Shown one piece after another: positions 29,536-45,413 of a stretch of 64,000 nt of DNA. This DNA comes from Eledone cirrhosa (Eukaryota), in NCBI GenBank assembly GCA_964016885.1, contig CAXHJY010001072.1, positions 1-64,000 on the forward strand, in the 5' to 3' direction. The notes beneath the pieces were generated by a model. It did not search any database. It worked only from the letters and a program-made list of their open reading frames with translations, and was not told the origin of the DNA. Position 1 is the first letter of the stretch. Each line of letters starts with the position of its first letter. The position numbers and the translations under genes are program-made.

Positions 29536-30117
29536 ATCTTCGAAATATATATAATGAAATAGAGATGATATAAAGTATATATCTTACGTTTTGTTTTGTT
29601 TTGTTTTATTTTGTGTGCGTGTGTGCGTGTGCGTGTGCGTGTGCGTGTGTGTGTGTGTAAAAAATCTTATTTTAAGATATAGAGTGGGAGTTTCAAGAAG
29701 GATAATAGGGTTCACGACGTTATTTCACCCAAGCCTGCCTGTTTAATAGGTTTGGTTTCCGGTTTAAGGGAAAGTCAGCAGGTGTTTGTCATTTATCAAG
29801 ATTATATTCTAAACAACTGCAGGGCATCGTAACAACATCCTTTTTACTTTAGCTAACTGTTGATTCATCATTTAGATTACATCATACAGACAACACTTCG
29901 TTTTTCCTTTTCGTTTGGTGAATGTTTCTGCTGCTGACACGATGTCAAGGTGAAGTAGGCTCGCGGGCGTTCTTGCCTGCCAGCCTGCCTGTGTATGTTT
30001 GTCAGCGTGGCTGTGGTGTTGTCCATATCTCTGTGTGTAGTTGTTTAAATGTGCTTGTGCGTCAGTGCGTGTGTGTGTGTGCATGCGTGGGTGATCATAT
30101 ATATATATATATATATA

Positions 30118-30308
30118 GGAAAAAGTGTGACCCCGACGACAGAGCTCAAGCCGTTTCGACGGCTATTCCTGGACAGAAATAGCCGTCGAAACGGCTTGAG
30201 CTCTGCCGTCGGGGTCACACTTTTTCCTATTTCCCACTCTACTACCCTAAGTATTGAGTACTCTGGTGCGTTATGGTCCATCTGGTTCCTTACCACAATT
30301 CCTTTGTT
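30118..30308 (+). repeat. Palindrome-headed repeat family, copy with a ~55-bp-arm hairpin
   Basis: ggaaaaagtgtgaccccgacg...ggctatt / aatagcc...cgtcggggtcacactttttcc, flanked by (TA)n. Confidence 0.85.
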
Positions 30309-30331
30309 ATATATATATATATATATATATA

Positions 30332-30756
30332 TAATAACTAGAGATTGATTAACATATAAAAATACATGAATAATCACAGGAGATAATTCAAGCTTGCGTG
30401 TAGACATGACCACCGAGTATATATATATATAAAACAAAGCGCATAGCTAGTTTCCTTTAAAAGTGATTAACATTCCTTGTATATATCCCATTAAAGAAAT
30501 ATATTTCACCAATTAATCAGATGGCAAGTCACGGAAAGTGGATATTATTGGATTGTCAACAAGGAATTGATAATAAATCCAGCTATTCGAGCTTACAGGG
30601 CGAGATCAAATCTTCAACTATCCGTTACCACGTGTTGTTAATCACTTTTAAAGGTAAATATTGCCTAAACTAGTTATGCGCGGTTACACGCAAGCTTGAA
30701 TTATCTCCCGTGATTATTCATGTATTTTTATATGTTAATCAATCTCTAGTTATTAT
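30332..30756. repeat. Inverted repeat pair (~70-bp arms) enclosing a further inverted pair
   Basis: 30332-30402 taataactagagattg...gcttgcgtgta is the reverse complement of 30685-30754. Confidence 0.8.
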
Positions 30757-31191
30757 AATATGCTCAGATGTATTTATCTTTGAACTTAAATTCTCAGGAT
30801 TTATTGGCGCATGCTTTTTGTCATGACACCCATGATTTCGATTTAGATTAAATTCATTTAATTGATTTATCTTAATTTTGGACTTAGATATATATATATA
30901 TATATATACAGATATATCTTCTCTTCTTAGCCGATTTCATCCTGGGCAGAATATATATATATATGCGTGTGTGTGTGTGTGTATGTATAGATATAGATGT
31001 GTGTGTGTGTGCGTGCATATATATATATACATACATACACGCATATGCCTAGTGAGAAGGGAGAGAGAACGAGAACGGGAAAGAGAAAAAGAAAGAGAAA
31101 GTTAGGTTCTAAATTGATTATGTTTGTGGGATTCTAAGATACTTTGAAATTATTCCCCACTGCCTTGCCCCACGTGGGTGCTGTCAGTAGC

Positions 31192-31250
<59 letters not shown>

Positions 31251-31554
31251 CAGTAGTTCTTTATTCCGAGCTAACCAAGTAGACATCCCATATTTTCCCC
31301 AGTGTATCTAGGAACACATTATGTAAAATATCTTGAATCTTCTCTTAAGATGCTATTGTGTAATTTAAGGGGGATTCGACTACTATTCATAGCAGATGAA
31401 GTAACTGAATAGAAGCTCCCCCGTTGGCTTGTAACATGAGTCCAGACTTGACTGAGCAGCCATACAACACTGACTAAAAATAAAATATTTTGCTAGCAAA
31501 GAAGCTATTTTTATATCAATATAGCTGATTCTTAATTAATAAAGCAAATCGGAA

Positions 31555-32057
31555 TCAGTGATCCAAATATACCAGAAAAGAAGTACAAACTCGCTATCTT
31601 CAATTCGGTTTTCGTGCCAACTTCAACGTATGGTCATGAATCTTGGGTAATGACCGAAATAATACGATCGCGAATACAAGCGGCCGAAATGGAGTTCCTC
31701 CAAAGGGTCTTTGGAGTTACTCGATAGAGTGCATAACTCGGAGATCAGAGAGTCACACCAAGTAGAGCTGCTACTTCTCCGAATTGAGAGATCACAACTC
31801 CGATACTATGGGCATGTGGTTAGAATGTCTCAGGAAAGAATCACTGAACAGATTTTACGGGCAAAACCAACCAACAAGAGACCAGGAGTAGACCCTCAAG
31901 CAAGATGGTTGGATAACATCCATAAGCTTGCTGGGTCACGCTTGGGAATCCAGCCGAATCAGTTGGAGACGGTTGCTTCTGACGAGACTCGCTGAAAGAA
32001 GTGTTTGAAGAATCTGCCCCTACGGCCTTCTCAGAAATAAGTGAGTAAAGAAGAAGT
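31555..32057 (+). mobile_element. RTE-clade LINE 3' fragment
   Basis: Translation includes FVPTSTYGHESWVMT, IQAAEMEFLQR, DRVHNSEIR and QLRYYGHVVRM; GAA-type tail. Confidence 0.8.
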
Positions 32058-32278
32058 CTAAATTCTAACGGACTACAATGTAAGGTGCTACAAGGGTTCT
32101 TAATTTCAATGTATGAACTTCTGGAGTACCAGTTATGTACTTGTGTACACAGATATATTACACATCTATATTGTCCGTCAGAAATCAGTCGTGTGTGTGT
32201 GAATGTATGTGTATGCGTGTATATATACGTATGTACTAATATGTATACGTATGTATGAGTGTGTATATATATACATAC

Positions 32279-32343
<65 letters not shown>

Positions 32344-32729
32344 TATATATGATTGCAATCAAGCGTTTTATGTTGTCAGGAATTGATATACGGGGTTTCT
32401 GTATGTTTCTTACGTTGCCTGAGTTTTATGTAAAATAATATGAATGCAGTAAAAGTTGTTTTAGTGTAAAGATAAACGTCGAACATTCTTAGATATTTGG
32501 CGTGTGACCAACTGGTACACTCTTCTAATTCCGAGAGAGGGGTGGAGATGAGAGGGAGTGGTGGATAGAGAGAGATGGATAGGAAGATAGAAAGAAATGA
32601 GATAGATAGAGAGGGAGAGAGAGATGATAGAGAGAGAGGGGAGAGATGATAGATAGAGAGGGGGAGAGATGATAAATAGATAGAGAGAGAGAAAGAGGGG
32701 GAGAGAGATGATAGAGAGGGGGAGAGAGA

Positions 32730-32765
<36 letters not shown>

Positions 32766-33324
32766 GAGAGAGGAAGAGAGAGAGATGAAAGAGGGGAAGA
32801 GAGAGAGATGATAGGAAGAGAGAGAAGAAAGATTGTGATCGAAGCACGCCTGGCTCTAACAGACACACGCGTACATGCACTCACACCTATACACACACAC
32901 ACACACATGTATATGGAAGAATTATGCTTGAACGCCTCGTTCTTGGAATTATAAGACGGATGCCTGAGGAAAATTCATAGTAATACCATCAGAACCAACT
33001 CGGCTGTCAGTGATATGAACAGGCTGTTCAAATATTAGGGTGTACCAAAGATGTTTTTTATATTATTATTATTTAAAGTAGAGATAGAGATATGTCGAAG
33101 ACAGTGCAATTATACAGTGTTTGAGGGTTACTCAGTATGTTCTCGATAATAATTAGCATACCACATCTCCAGGGACTGATATGGAAGAGCGACATTGTTG
33201 ATGTATTTTACTGTTTTTTTGTAGAATATCTTCCATAGTTTGGGTAAATATTTGCGTATATATCGAAGGTGTTGTTGATATGTATTTTTAAGACACATAC
33301 ACGTGCACACACTCTCTCTCTCTA

Positions 33325-33356
<32 letters not shown>

Positions 33357-33382
33357 TATATATATATATATATATATAATAA

Positions 33383-33493
33383 TAATTGTTTCTACTTTAG
33401 GCACAAGGCCAGCAATTACCCAGTGCATTACTGGTACTTTATTTTATCGACCCCGTAAGGATGAAAGGCAAAGTCAACCTCGGCGGGATTTGA
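33383..33493 (-). mobile_element. Nin/Deu-core SINE, 3' part
   Basis: Same family as 51028-51218. Confidence 0.75.
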
Positions 33494-33501
33494 TAATAAT
33501 A

Positions 33502-33987
33502 ATAATAAAATAACAGGAGGCTGGACTTGTGTAAATCCTTGAAAGGTTTATTATACTATGATCATTTCAACGACCGGGTATAATATATACCTCTGTTAAG
33601 ATATAGGTTATTTAGAATAACATTTTTCGCGGCAATTCCTAGCCTGATTGTAGTATGACATTAACGCTGACTTTTCTTCTTTTTTCTGTCTTTTTTTCTC
33701 TTTGACCGGGAGGTTAGTAGCACATTATAAGCTTTCGCCCCCTCACCAGATAGCCTTATATAGCCAGCACTTGAGGGCGACCGGCTAAAGAGGAAGATGC
33801 TAGATGGTTGGTCGTCCTCGGGTCTATGATTTTCAGCCCCATGGATTTTATCTGTTATATTCATTTATTATATTTCGAATACCTGATGATATCACCGGAT
33901 TCATACGGAACCCGGTCATTGAAATGATCATAGTATAATAAACCTTTCAAGGATTTACACAAGTCCAGCCTCCTGTTATTTTATTAT
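33502..33987 (+). mobile_element. Hammerhead module preceded by an inverted partial copy (arms 33502-33579 and 33910-33987)
   Basis: ~78-bp near-perfect inverted repeat; the right arm overlaps the ribozyme 3' half. Confidence 0.75.
33879..33936 (+). ncRNA. Type I hammerhead ribozyme
   Basis: AUAC-CUGAUGA-uauc-ACCGG-auucauacggaac-CCGGU-cauu-GAAA-ugauca-UA-GUAU. Stem III is the palindrome AUGAUCAU. Confidence 0.75.
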
Positions 33988-34130
33988 AATATTTAACTCC
34001 GTACTCGCACCACCAACTACACAAACGAAGACGGTTGAGCTGCTTTACGTTGAGTACTCTCCATATTATTACATCAAGATTGACCATACGGAATGACCAG
34101 CTCTATCCAGTGGTGAACCTTCAAACCTAA

Positions 34131-34179
<49 letters not shown>

Positions 34180-34182
<3 letters not shown>

Positions 34183-35435
34183 GGTGCGGACGGTATTTGA
34201 GGACAGATTTATGGTTTAAAAAAACGCTTATATAATAACAGAAGAAAACTGTATTCTTATATAAATAACAAACAAAGATAAATTTAATAATTTCATTCAA
34301 TAAAACCACCATAAACATCAATAACTGCCTCTACACGGGATCGAAATCGTTTGCAAGCTCGGACTAAGTGGCCCTTGTTCATATTGGACATGACTCGAAT
34401 TATCGCTGCTTTCAAAGAATCTTTTGTGCTATGGGGGCGTTCAGTGACATTTTTCTCAACGATGCTCCATACATAGTAATCCAGTGGATTGAGATCTGGA
34501 GAATTAGGAGGCCAAATGTTCGGGGTGATGTGATCATGAAAATTGTTAGCCATCCATTCTTGTCTCAATTGAGCCTTGTGTGATGGTGCAGAATCTTGTT
34601 GAAAGACATAAGGCCTTCCATTGCATACACTGTTAATCCAAGGCTTAACAACTTTATCCAGAACCTCAATATACGCAGCAGCATTCACCCTAAGGCTTTG
34701 TTGAAAAGGGTGAGGAGGCATCACATGTCCTTCATTGCTAACAACACCCAAAACCATGACACTTGCAGGAAATTTTGTGTGCATTACTCTTGGAACCTCA
34801 GAAGGGGCTGCACATAGCCATCTGTCATTTCTTCTGTTACTTTTGTGGTCGTGGTCAAAGTTTTTCTCATCTGAGAAAAACCAAATCACACCATCTTCTG
34901 ATGAATTTTTAAGTTTGTTTAAAAGTCGTTTGGATCTGATTAAACGCTTTTTTTTTTCTTTTTTTCTGACATGAATCTATCTCTCCTCATCACGTAAGAT
35001 TTGTATCTGATGTCTTCATACACAACATTTCTGATTGTTTTTTCTGACACACTAAAATTTTTTGCAATTGACCTCATTGATTTTCCTGGATTGTCATCAA
35101 TGTTTTGTTTAACTTCCCGAATAAATTCAGGTGTCCTGATAGAATCAGAGCGTTTGGAATGTTTTTTACGTTTTGATACAGGTAATACGCTTCCATCTTA
35201 TTTCTCTAACTCACACCGAATCTTGTGGACAAAAGATCTTGCAACTTTCAGAAAACGAGAAATTTCTAAATCCCCATGCTTAGCCTCCAAAGCCACAATC
35301 ACAGCAGGCCTTTTCATTTCATTAGTAAGCATAGTTATTTTCATTGTTATTTTCTGAAATAGAAGTTCAATAAAAATTAGTCAAATAAAATAATGACTAA
35401 AAATGCATGTGTCCTCAAATACCGTCCGCACCCTG
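34180..35435 (-). mobile_element. Tc1/mariner-superfamily DNA transposon, DD37D (maT) type, full length (~1.26 kb)
   Basis: Perfect 26-bp TIRs cagggtgcggacggtatttgaggaca / tgtcctcaaataccgtccgcaccctg; inserted at TA within a microsatellite. Confidence 0.92.
34293..35332 (-). pseudogene. DD37D transposase, disrupted upstream of the catalytic domain
   Basis: Motifs FSDEK, QQDSAPSH and WPPNSPDLNPLDY, with 37 residues between the second and third Asp. Only 34293-34889 is open. Confidence 0.85.
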
Positions 35436-35441
35436 TGTGTG

Positions 35442-35516
<75 letters not shown>

Positions 35517-35621
35517 AGTAGTAGAGCACTCAGTCCATGTGACGAGTTTGGTAAAAGTAGTTCCACAACAGTTAGTTCACCATACCAAGAACAAATATAT
35601 ATATATATATATATATAAATA

Positions 35622-35699
35622 CAGGGTGTCCTCAAAGATGTATACATATAATTATTAGAATGCTGTTGAAGTGTGTGTACATTTTGGGGGGACACCCTG
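35622..35699. mobile_element. Tiny Tc1/mariner-type MITE
   Basis: TA-cagggtgtcc...ggacaccctg-TA; related to the copies at 57318 and 57478. Confidence 0.75.
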
Positions 35700-35715
35700 T
35701 ATGTGTGTTATGTAT

Positions 35716-35794
35716 GTATGCTGAAGAGGAGATGGGATTCGCCAGATTTAAAGAAATTCCCTTGAAACGCCGTATGTCAATACGGCGCCCCTAC
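35716..35794 (+). ncRNA. Degenerate type I hammerhead with a long stem III
   Basis: guaug-CUGAAGA-...cccuu-GAAA-CGCCGUAU-guca-AUACGGCG-CC-ccuac. The conserved U16.1 is replaced by C. Confidence 0.5.
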
Positions 35795-36218
35795 GATCCC
35801 ATCAGGAGTTATGGGACCAAATATACATATATAAGTATGAGTGTCGAATTGTGTTAGCTTAAAGTTAACTGCTTCAACACAGGTTTTTTGGTCGTAGGGC
35901 AATCGGTAGTGCAGCCGAACAGCATAGAGCAGCGGTGTGTATATCTGTCTGTCTATCTATCTAACTAACTCGGTAGATGGATAGATAGATATATAGATAT
36001 AGGACCTTACTATCATAAGGCCGTAGGTTCTATTTCCTGACTGGGTTGTGCGTTGTGTTCTTGAGCAAAACGCTTCAATAGACGCTGCTTTTCATTACAT
36101 GATAGGGACTCCTATCATTAAAACACCTTAGAAACATCAAAATAGGTACAACTTTGTATTAAGCCCGCTATACCTGTATAAGTGTAAACTGTAAATTCCA
36201 TTTTTTCCTCCATCTATA

Positions 36219-36392
36219 ATAATTGTTTCTACTTTTGGCATAAGGCCAGCAATTACCCAGTACATTACGGGTACTTTATTTTATCGACGCCGTAAGGATG
36301 AAAGGCAAAGTTAACCTCGACGGGATTTGAACTCTGACCGTAAAGGGACATAACTATGTTGGAAAGCATGGTGTCCGACTCTCTACCGATAT
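36219..36392 (-). mobile_element. Nin/Deu-core tRNA-derived SINE
   Basis: B-box-like gagttcaaatccc on the minus strand; core gcctttcatcc...gtcgataaaataaagtacc. Confidence 0.8.
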
Positions 36393-36914
36393 CCTCCATC
36401 TATAATAATATCTATGTATCTCTACCATTTCTTTCGTCGATATTTTTATTTTGTCAATCGTTTTATGATATTTTGATAACTATTTTTTCTCACATTTCTA
36501 TAAAGCATATATAACAACGACTCAATGGCCACGGTGAAAAGTTAATATAGCGAAATCAGCCCCCATCATTGATAAATACTTATGATCAGGAAAGGTCAAA
36601 TGATTTGCTTTGTGTGTAACAACGCGTGGGAGGAAGTAACGTTTGTTAAGTTCCCTTCATTGTTATTATGTATTCCCTATGAAATGTGCGGATATCGTTT
36701 CGTTTCCCCTCCTTGATGTGACAAGTATCCTGGAGCAGGAAATGTTCAGTTATCAGCAAGGTCCAAATTACAAAAAGCAATGTTTTCACGTGATATGGGG
36801 CTAGTGGTCGACCTGCTAGAAATAAACCCCACCATTTTAGCAAGGGACTGAATCAATTGGATAATTTCAGGCCTGTCAAACACTCGATGAAGTATTCATG
36901 TACTCTGGTGACAA

Positions 36915-37110
36915 TAGACTTGTCAACTCTCCCCATCCGATAGGGAGATCTCCCACTCACTTTCTGGTTGGTGAGAGAGGTCTTCGCTTGTGAAAATGGG
37001 TATAGCTTTCATTATGTAAAATCTACCCATTTTGCCTCGTTTCTTCCTGTTTTGGGGCACCCCTTTTCATGGTACTCCCCGTTTGGGTTTTTTAGAGGTT
37101 GGCAGGTCTG
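36915..37110. mobile_element. MITE-like dispersed repeat (~195 bp)
   Basis: Terminal inverted agac(t/c)tgtcaac / gttggcaggtct; second copy at 50446-50639. Confidence 0.7.
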
Positions 37111-37309
37111 TAATATAGTCCCTGATACGTATATAAGTTATAGAATTTTCATGGCCGGAATGAACAACTCTGCTTAATATCCTGCTCGGCTTGATATAAC
37201 GGTGACCATCCTGTCTGTTTGTGTATCTTGGCAATTTATCCTTCCTTCTCCAAGACGGTAAATTGTGATATAAAGTAATTAGGTGGCTATGTCTAGCATG
37301 TCGAGCCTC

Positions 37310-37584
37310 CAACTGCAGGTTGATAGGGTATTCAAGTTCTTAGTTTGAGCCAGACACCTTATTTCACATTGCTCCAGGCCACTCAGCTGGCAAAAATGAG
37401 TTGTACTTGTAATTCAAAGGGGCCAGCCTTGTCACATTCTGTATCATACTGAATCTTCCTGGGAACTACGTTAAGGGTACGCCTGTCTGTGGAATGCTCA
37501 ACCACTTGTACGTTAATTTCGCGAGCAGGCTGTTCCGTTGATCGGATCAATTAGAACACTCATCGTCGTAACCGACGGAGTGCC
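37310..37584 (+). mobile_element. tRNA-derived SINE, second family (core ...tgagcaagacac...cgttgctccag), decayed head
   Basis: Core resembles 51640-51910 and 61253-61448. Confidence 0.55.
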
Positions 37585-38441
37585 TTCCTTGTCATTATTC
37601 ATGTTGCTGAGTTTCTTACTGCCTTTACATCCTTTGATAGTATTGTGGGTGTTGGTGCCAGTGCTGTAACTTTTCACTTTCTAATGCTGTTGGTGGCTTT
37701 CTTGTGGCTACAGTTGTGTTTAATCCCAGATCAGCGTTGATCTAGCAAACCTAGGATTACAAGGCGTTCCAAACATAAACATCGATCCTTTGTTTTTTTT
37801 CGATGACGGTAATATATTATTTGAGGGACGAATTGACTGCTGTTTCTAGCTGATCGTACAACTACAAAGAGTCTTTCTCTTGGACCGCTGCTACTGTTGT
37901 TATAGCTGATGATAATATCATTGTTGGTCTTGCTGTTTGTGATGTTTTTATCTTGTCCGGAAATATTATTTAGGTTTGCCTTTCATGAATAGCGATATAT
38001 AAACATCAGTTAAGTTCTGTTACGGGTAAAAACAGATGCATATTAACTGTGCATGTTTTATCATGTTCTACATCTTTGCAGTCTCTAACATCTCAGGAAA
38101 GGTTAGACCAGGAACAACACAGCATGTTACCTGCAACAACATAGAGCTGGGCAGCTTGATTTTCTTGACAACAAACGCCTACACATGGAATCTTTCAGTT
38201 TTCTCATAAAACATGATGATATCCATTTTTGGCAAGCCACGAAAGACTCCTATTTTATGGATAGAAGGAAATGAAATTTTACGGGGCCTATGACTTTCTG
38301 AAAAGTTAGTAATGGCATAAGTGAATTAGAGGGTATCTTTGCTTCCACCAAGAACGGAAATCGCAACAAGATCTCATAACACATTCTCAATAGCTTACAA
38401 AACGAGATCCTAATATATATTGTATATATATATATACAAAC

Positions 38442-38511
<70 letters not shown>

Positions 38512-38564
38512 TTATATGTATGTCTATGTATAGACTTACACACACACACTTTTATATGTGTATG

Positions 38565-38617
<53 letters not shown>

Positions 38618-38782
38618 ATGTGTGTAGTAATAATATATAAGCGAACAAAGAACCAGTGTTACATCATATATATATATATATATAAATATATATATATGTA
38701 TATATATATATATAAATAAATATATATTTATGTATATATATACGATGTTAATAAATGGAAACTATATTTATAAAACCATATT

Positions 38783-38847
38783 TATTTCATTATACATATT
38801 TCAGGGATACCACATTAAATTATGGTATGCCTTCATCAGACAAAATA
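38783..38847 (-). ncRNA. Type I hammerhead in a solo Naiad-family pLTR remnant (~38740-39130)
   Basis: UAUUUUGU-CUGAUGA-AGG-c-AUACCAUA-auuuaa-UGUGGUAU-c-CCU-GAAA-uaugua-UA-AUGAAAUA; homologous to 45059-45124. Confidence 0.8.
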
Positions 38848-39131
38848 CAATATATTTTACAAATAGGTTTGACGTACCCTTCAAAATACAACCATTACTT
38901 TTGGAGACTGTCTGGATAGTGATTTGTTCATATAATAAGTCATAGTGTTAAGCACAATTAGAAAAAGACGGAGAGAAAGAAAGAGACAAGAACAAAGACA
39001 GAGATAGAGAAAGAAAAGAGAAAGAAAACCTGGAGAAATATCGGAGAGAGAGAGAAAAGTATGGAGAAAAGAAAGAGATAGATAAAGATAGGAGGAAATA
39101 AAAAAGAAAGAAAAGGAAGGAATAAGAAAAA

Positions 39132-39198
39132 CAATATATATATATAAATAAATATATTATATATATATATATAATTATATATATATATATATAAATAA

Positions 39199-39229
<31 letters not shown>

Positions 39230-39324
39230 TATATATATAAATAAATATATAAATATATATATAAATAAATATATATATATATATATATAAATAAATATAT
39301 ATATATATATAAATAAATATATAT

Positions 39325-39355
<31 letters not shown>

Positions 39356-39440
39356 AATAAATATATATATATATATATAAATAAATATATATATATATAT
39401 AAATAAATATATATATAAATAAATATATATATATATATAA

Positions 39441-39491
<51 letters not shown>

Positions 39492-39638
39492 AATAAATAT
39501 ATATATATATATATATAAATAAATATATATATATATATATATAAATAAATATATATATATATATATAAATAAATATATATATATATATATAAATAAATAT
39601 ATATATATATAAATAAATATATATATATATATAAATAA

Positions 39639-39669
<31 letters not shown>

Positions 39670-39940
39670 TATATATATATATAAATAAATATATATATAT
39701 ATATAAATAAATATATATATATATAAATAAATATATATATATATATAAATATATATATATATAAATATATATATATATAAATAAATAAATATATATATAT
39801 ATAAATAAATAAATATATATATATAAATGAATAAATATATATATATATATAAATAAATATATATATATATATAAATAAATATATATATATATATAAATAA
39901 ATATATATATATATATATAAATAAATATATATATATATAA

Positions 39941-39981
<41 letters not shown>

Positions 39982-40018
39982 TATATATATATATAAATAA
40001 ATATATATATATATATAA

Positions 40019-40089
<71 letters not shown>

Positions 40090-40090
40090 A

Positions 40091-40135
<45 letters not shown>

Positions 40136-40172
40136 TATATATATATATAAATAAATATATATATATATATAA

Positions 40173-40207
<35 letters not shown>

Positions 40208-40494
40208 TATATATAAATATATATATATATATAAATATATATAAATATATAAATATATATATAAATATATATAAATATATATATATATATATAAATATAT
40301 ATATAAATATATATAAATATATAAAAATATAAATATATATAAATATATATATATATATATAAATATATATAAATATATATAAATATATAAATATATATAA
40401 ATATAAATCTATATAAATATATATATATATATATAAATATATATAAATATATATATATATATATAAATATATATAAATATATATATATATATAA

Positions 40495-40525
<31 letters not shown>

Positions 40526-40977
40526 AATATAAATATATATAAATATAAATATATATAAATATATATAAATATATATAAATATAAATATATATAAATATAA
40601 ATATATATAAATATATATAAATATATATAAATATAAATATATATAAATATAAATATATATAAATATAAATATATATAAATATAAATATATATAAATATAA
40701 ATATATATAAATATATAAATATATAAATATATATAAATATATATATATATAAATATATATATATATAAATATATATAAATATATAAATATATATAAATAT
40801 ATATAAATATATATATATAAATATATATATAAATATATATATATAAATATAAATATATATATAAATATATATATATAAATATATATATAAATATATATAT
40901 AAATATATATATATAAATATATATATAAATATAAATATATATAAAAATATATATAAAAATATAAATATATATATATA

Positions 40978-41015
<38 letters not shown>

Positions 41016-41226
41016 AATATATATATATATAAATATATATATATATAAATATATATATAAATATATATATATATAAATATATATATATATAAATATATAT
41101 ATAAATAAATATATATATAAATATATATATATATAAATATATATATAAATATATATATAAATATATATATATATAAATATATATATAAATATATATATAA
41201 ATATATATAAATATATATATAAATAT

Positions 41227-41281
<55 letters not shown>

Positions 41282-41306
41282 AATATATATATATATAAAT
41301 ATATAT
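39132..41306. repeat. ~2.2 kb (TA)n microsatellite interrupted by TAAA units
   Basis: Directly visible; almost purely A/T. Confidence 0.95.
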
Positions 41307-41450
41307 GAAACGTGTAATTTACTACACAAAACGAAGGTTATAGAGAAAATTGAGGTTGGTAATGGCACATGGAATATATAAGAGACAGAATACTTTTTTG
41401 TGAAAAAACATATAATTTTATAAGGTAAGGAAATAATAAAGGGTATAAAA

Positions 41451-41495
41451 AATGACCGGTTTCGATGGGTCTGCAAAAGCCATCTTTTCAAATGT
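41451..41495 (-). ncRNA. Degenerate minimal hammerhead
   Basis: au-UUGAAAA-GAUGG-cuuuugcagac-CCAUC-GAAA-ccgg-UC-au. Two core substitutions; stem II and the palindromic ACCGGU are intact. Confidence 0.45.
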
Positions 41496-41848
41496 TGATT
41501 AATATTAAGAAAAATTAATAATAGGAAGAGTTAAAATTTGAGATTTGAAAATTCAAGTATAAAATTCATTGTGGGATTTCATAGTAGTTTTCATCTTGGT
41601 AGCAGCTCGTTGACTGCTTCTGGTAGTGAATGAGAAGTTATTTGGGGGTGTGGGTTATTTTATAAAGGTCAAATTTAGCAATGGCCAGATGGCCAGCTGC
41701 TGGTCAGTGAGGGGTGGAAGCAATATACATACATATATCTTCCTGTGCTCGGTAGGAGAGGGGAGATTGATAGAAAGGGATTTAGTGCACTTACACCTAT
41801 ATATACACACATACCTTCATCCACACATACATACATATACATATACAT

Positions 41849-41879
<31 letters not shown>

Positions 41880-41956
41880 CATATACACACATACATACAC
41901 ACACACATACATATACATACACACATACACACACATATATATGCACATACACACAC

Positions 41957-41987
<31 letters not shown>

Positions 41988-42019
41988 TATATATATACAC
42001 ATACGCATACATCCAGATA

Positions 42020-42058
<39 letters not shown>

Positions 42059-42567
42059 GCACACAATACATACATCCACATGCACACACATACACACACA
42101 CACACATATACACATACATACACCCACACACAGAGAAATGGCCTCCAAATATATATATATATACATACATACACATATATTGTTTCCATAATATAAGAAG
42201 TTAGGGCAGTGAAATTAAAATACAAGTCATTCTGATCACATTGAGTTCTTCATGTAGATTGGGCCCCGCAACCGACAGTGGTGAATTCTGTGTGCGCATA
42301 TATATATAGATATATGTGTGTGCACGTGCAGGGTTTAACATGGATGTGTTGGTCACACAAAGGCATGGTCTGTCAACGAATAAACCTGATTCTACAGAAT
42401 TGGTCTCTGGTCTTTAATAGTAGTGATTCCGTGCGTATGTGTGTTTATATTTTATGACAATTCTATTGGGGTGATAACCCGTTTAGTTTTGGTTTAAATT
42501 TTTTAAGGAATAGATTTTCTTTGTTTATTCTTTGTTGCTGTGTGAACGAATCTGAGCACTTGTAGAA

Positions 42568-44927
<2,360 letters not shown>

Positions 44928-45058
44928 GTGGAAAGTTATATTTAAATTGTTGGGTTACAACGAGTAAATATTTATAACTGATATAAAAGCACTCAACAAG
45001 TATTTGGAGTATATTTACGATATTAAATAAATGGAAATTATATTTATAAAACCATATT

Positions 45059-45124
45059 TATTTCATTATATATATTTCAGGGATATCATATTAAAAATAT
45101 GTTATGCCTTCTTCAGACAAAATA
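45059..45124 (-). ncRNA. Type I hammerhead ribozyme, 3' pLTR of the Naiad-type element
   Basis: UAUUUUGU-CUGAAGA-AGG-c-AUA-a-CAUAUU-uuu-AAUAUG-a-UAU-c-CCU-GAAA-uauaua-UA-AUGAAAUA. Confidence 0.82.
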
Positions 45125-45381
45125 CAATATAAACAGTCTTATAAATAGATAGATTCGACATACCTTTCAACATCGACTTGCATTTGAAAAGTTGATTTGG
45201 TAGTAAAAATATTATGGACAGTTGTAAAAAGAAAGAAAGAAAGAAAGAAAGAAAGAAAAACGAAGAAAAAGAAGAAATGCATGCAACTAAATAGAGAGAG
45301 ATAGAAAGATATATAGAGAAGAAATTCATGTAAAGAAACAGATAGAGATATATAGAGAGAGGAAAAAAAATAGAGGGAGAT

Positions 45382-45413
<32 letters not shown>

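Noticed and set aside
30575-30625. Minus-strand UUGAAGA...GAAU-agcu hammerhead-like relic inside the inverted repeats
   Set aside because: Both core boxes are mutated and the stems are poor.
31975-32010. CTGACGA...GAAA motif
   Set aside because: No stem II or III pairing; lies in RTE coding remnant, so likely chance.
38065-38210. Possible host terminal exon after the acceptor-like ctttgcag; similar exon-like piece near 29876-29950
   Set aside because: Short frames with no recognisable homology; needs RNA-seq.
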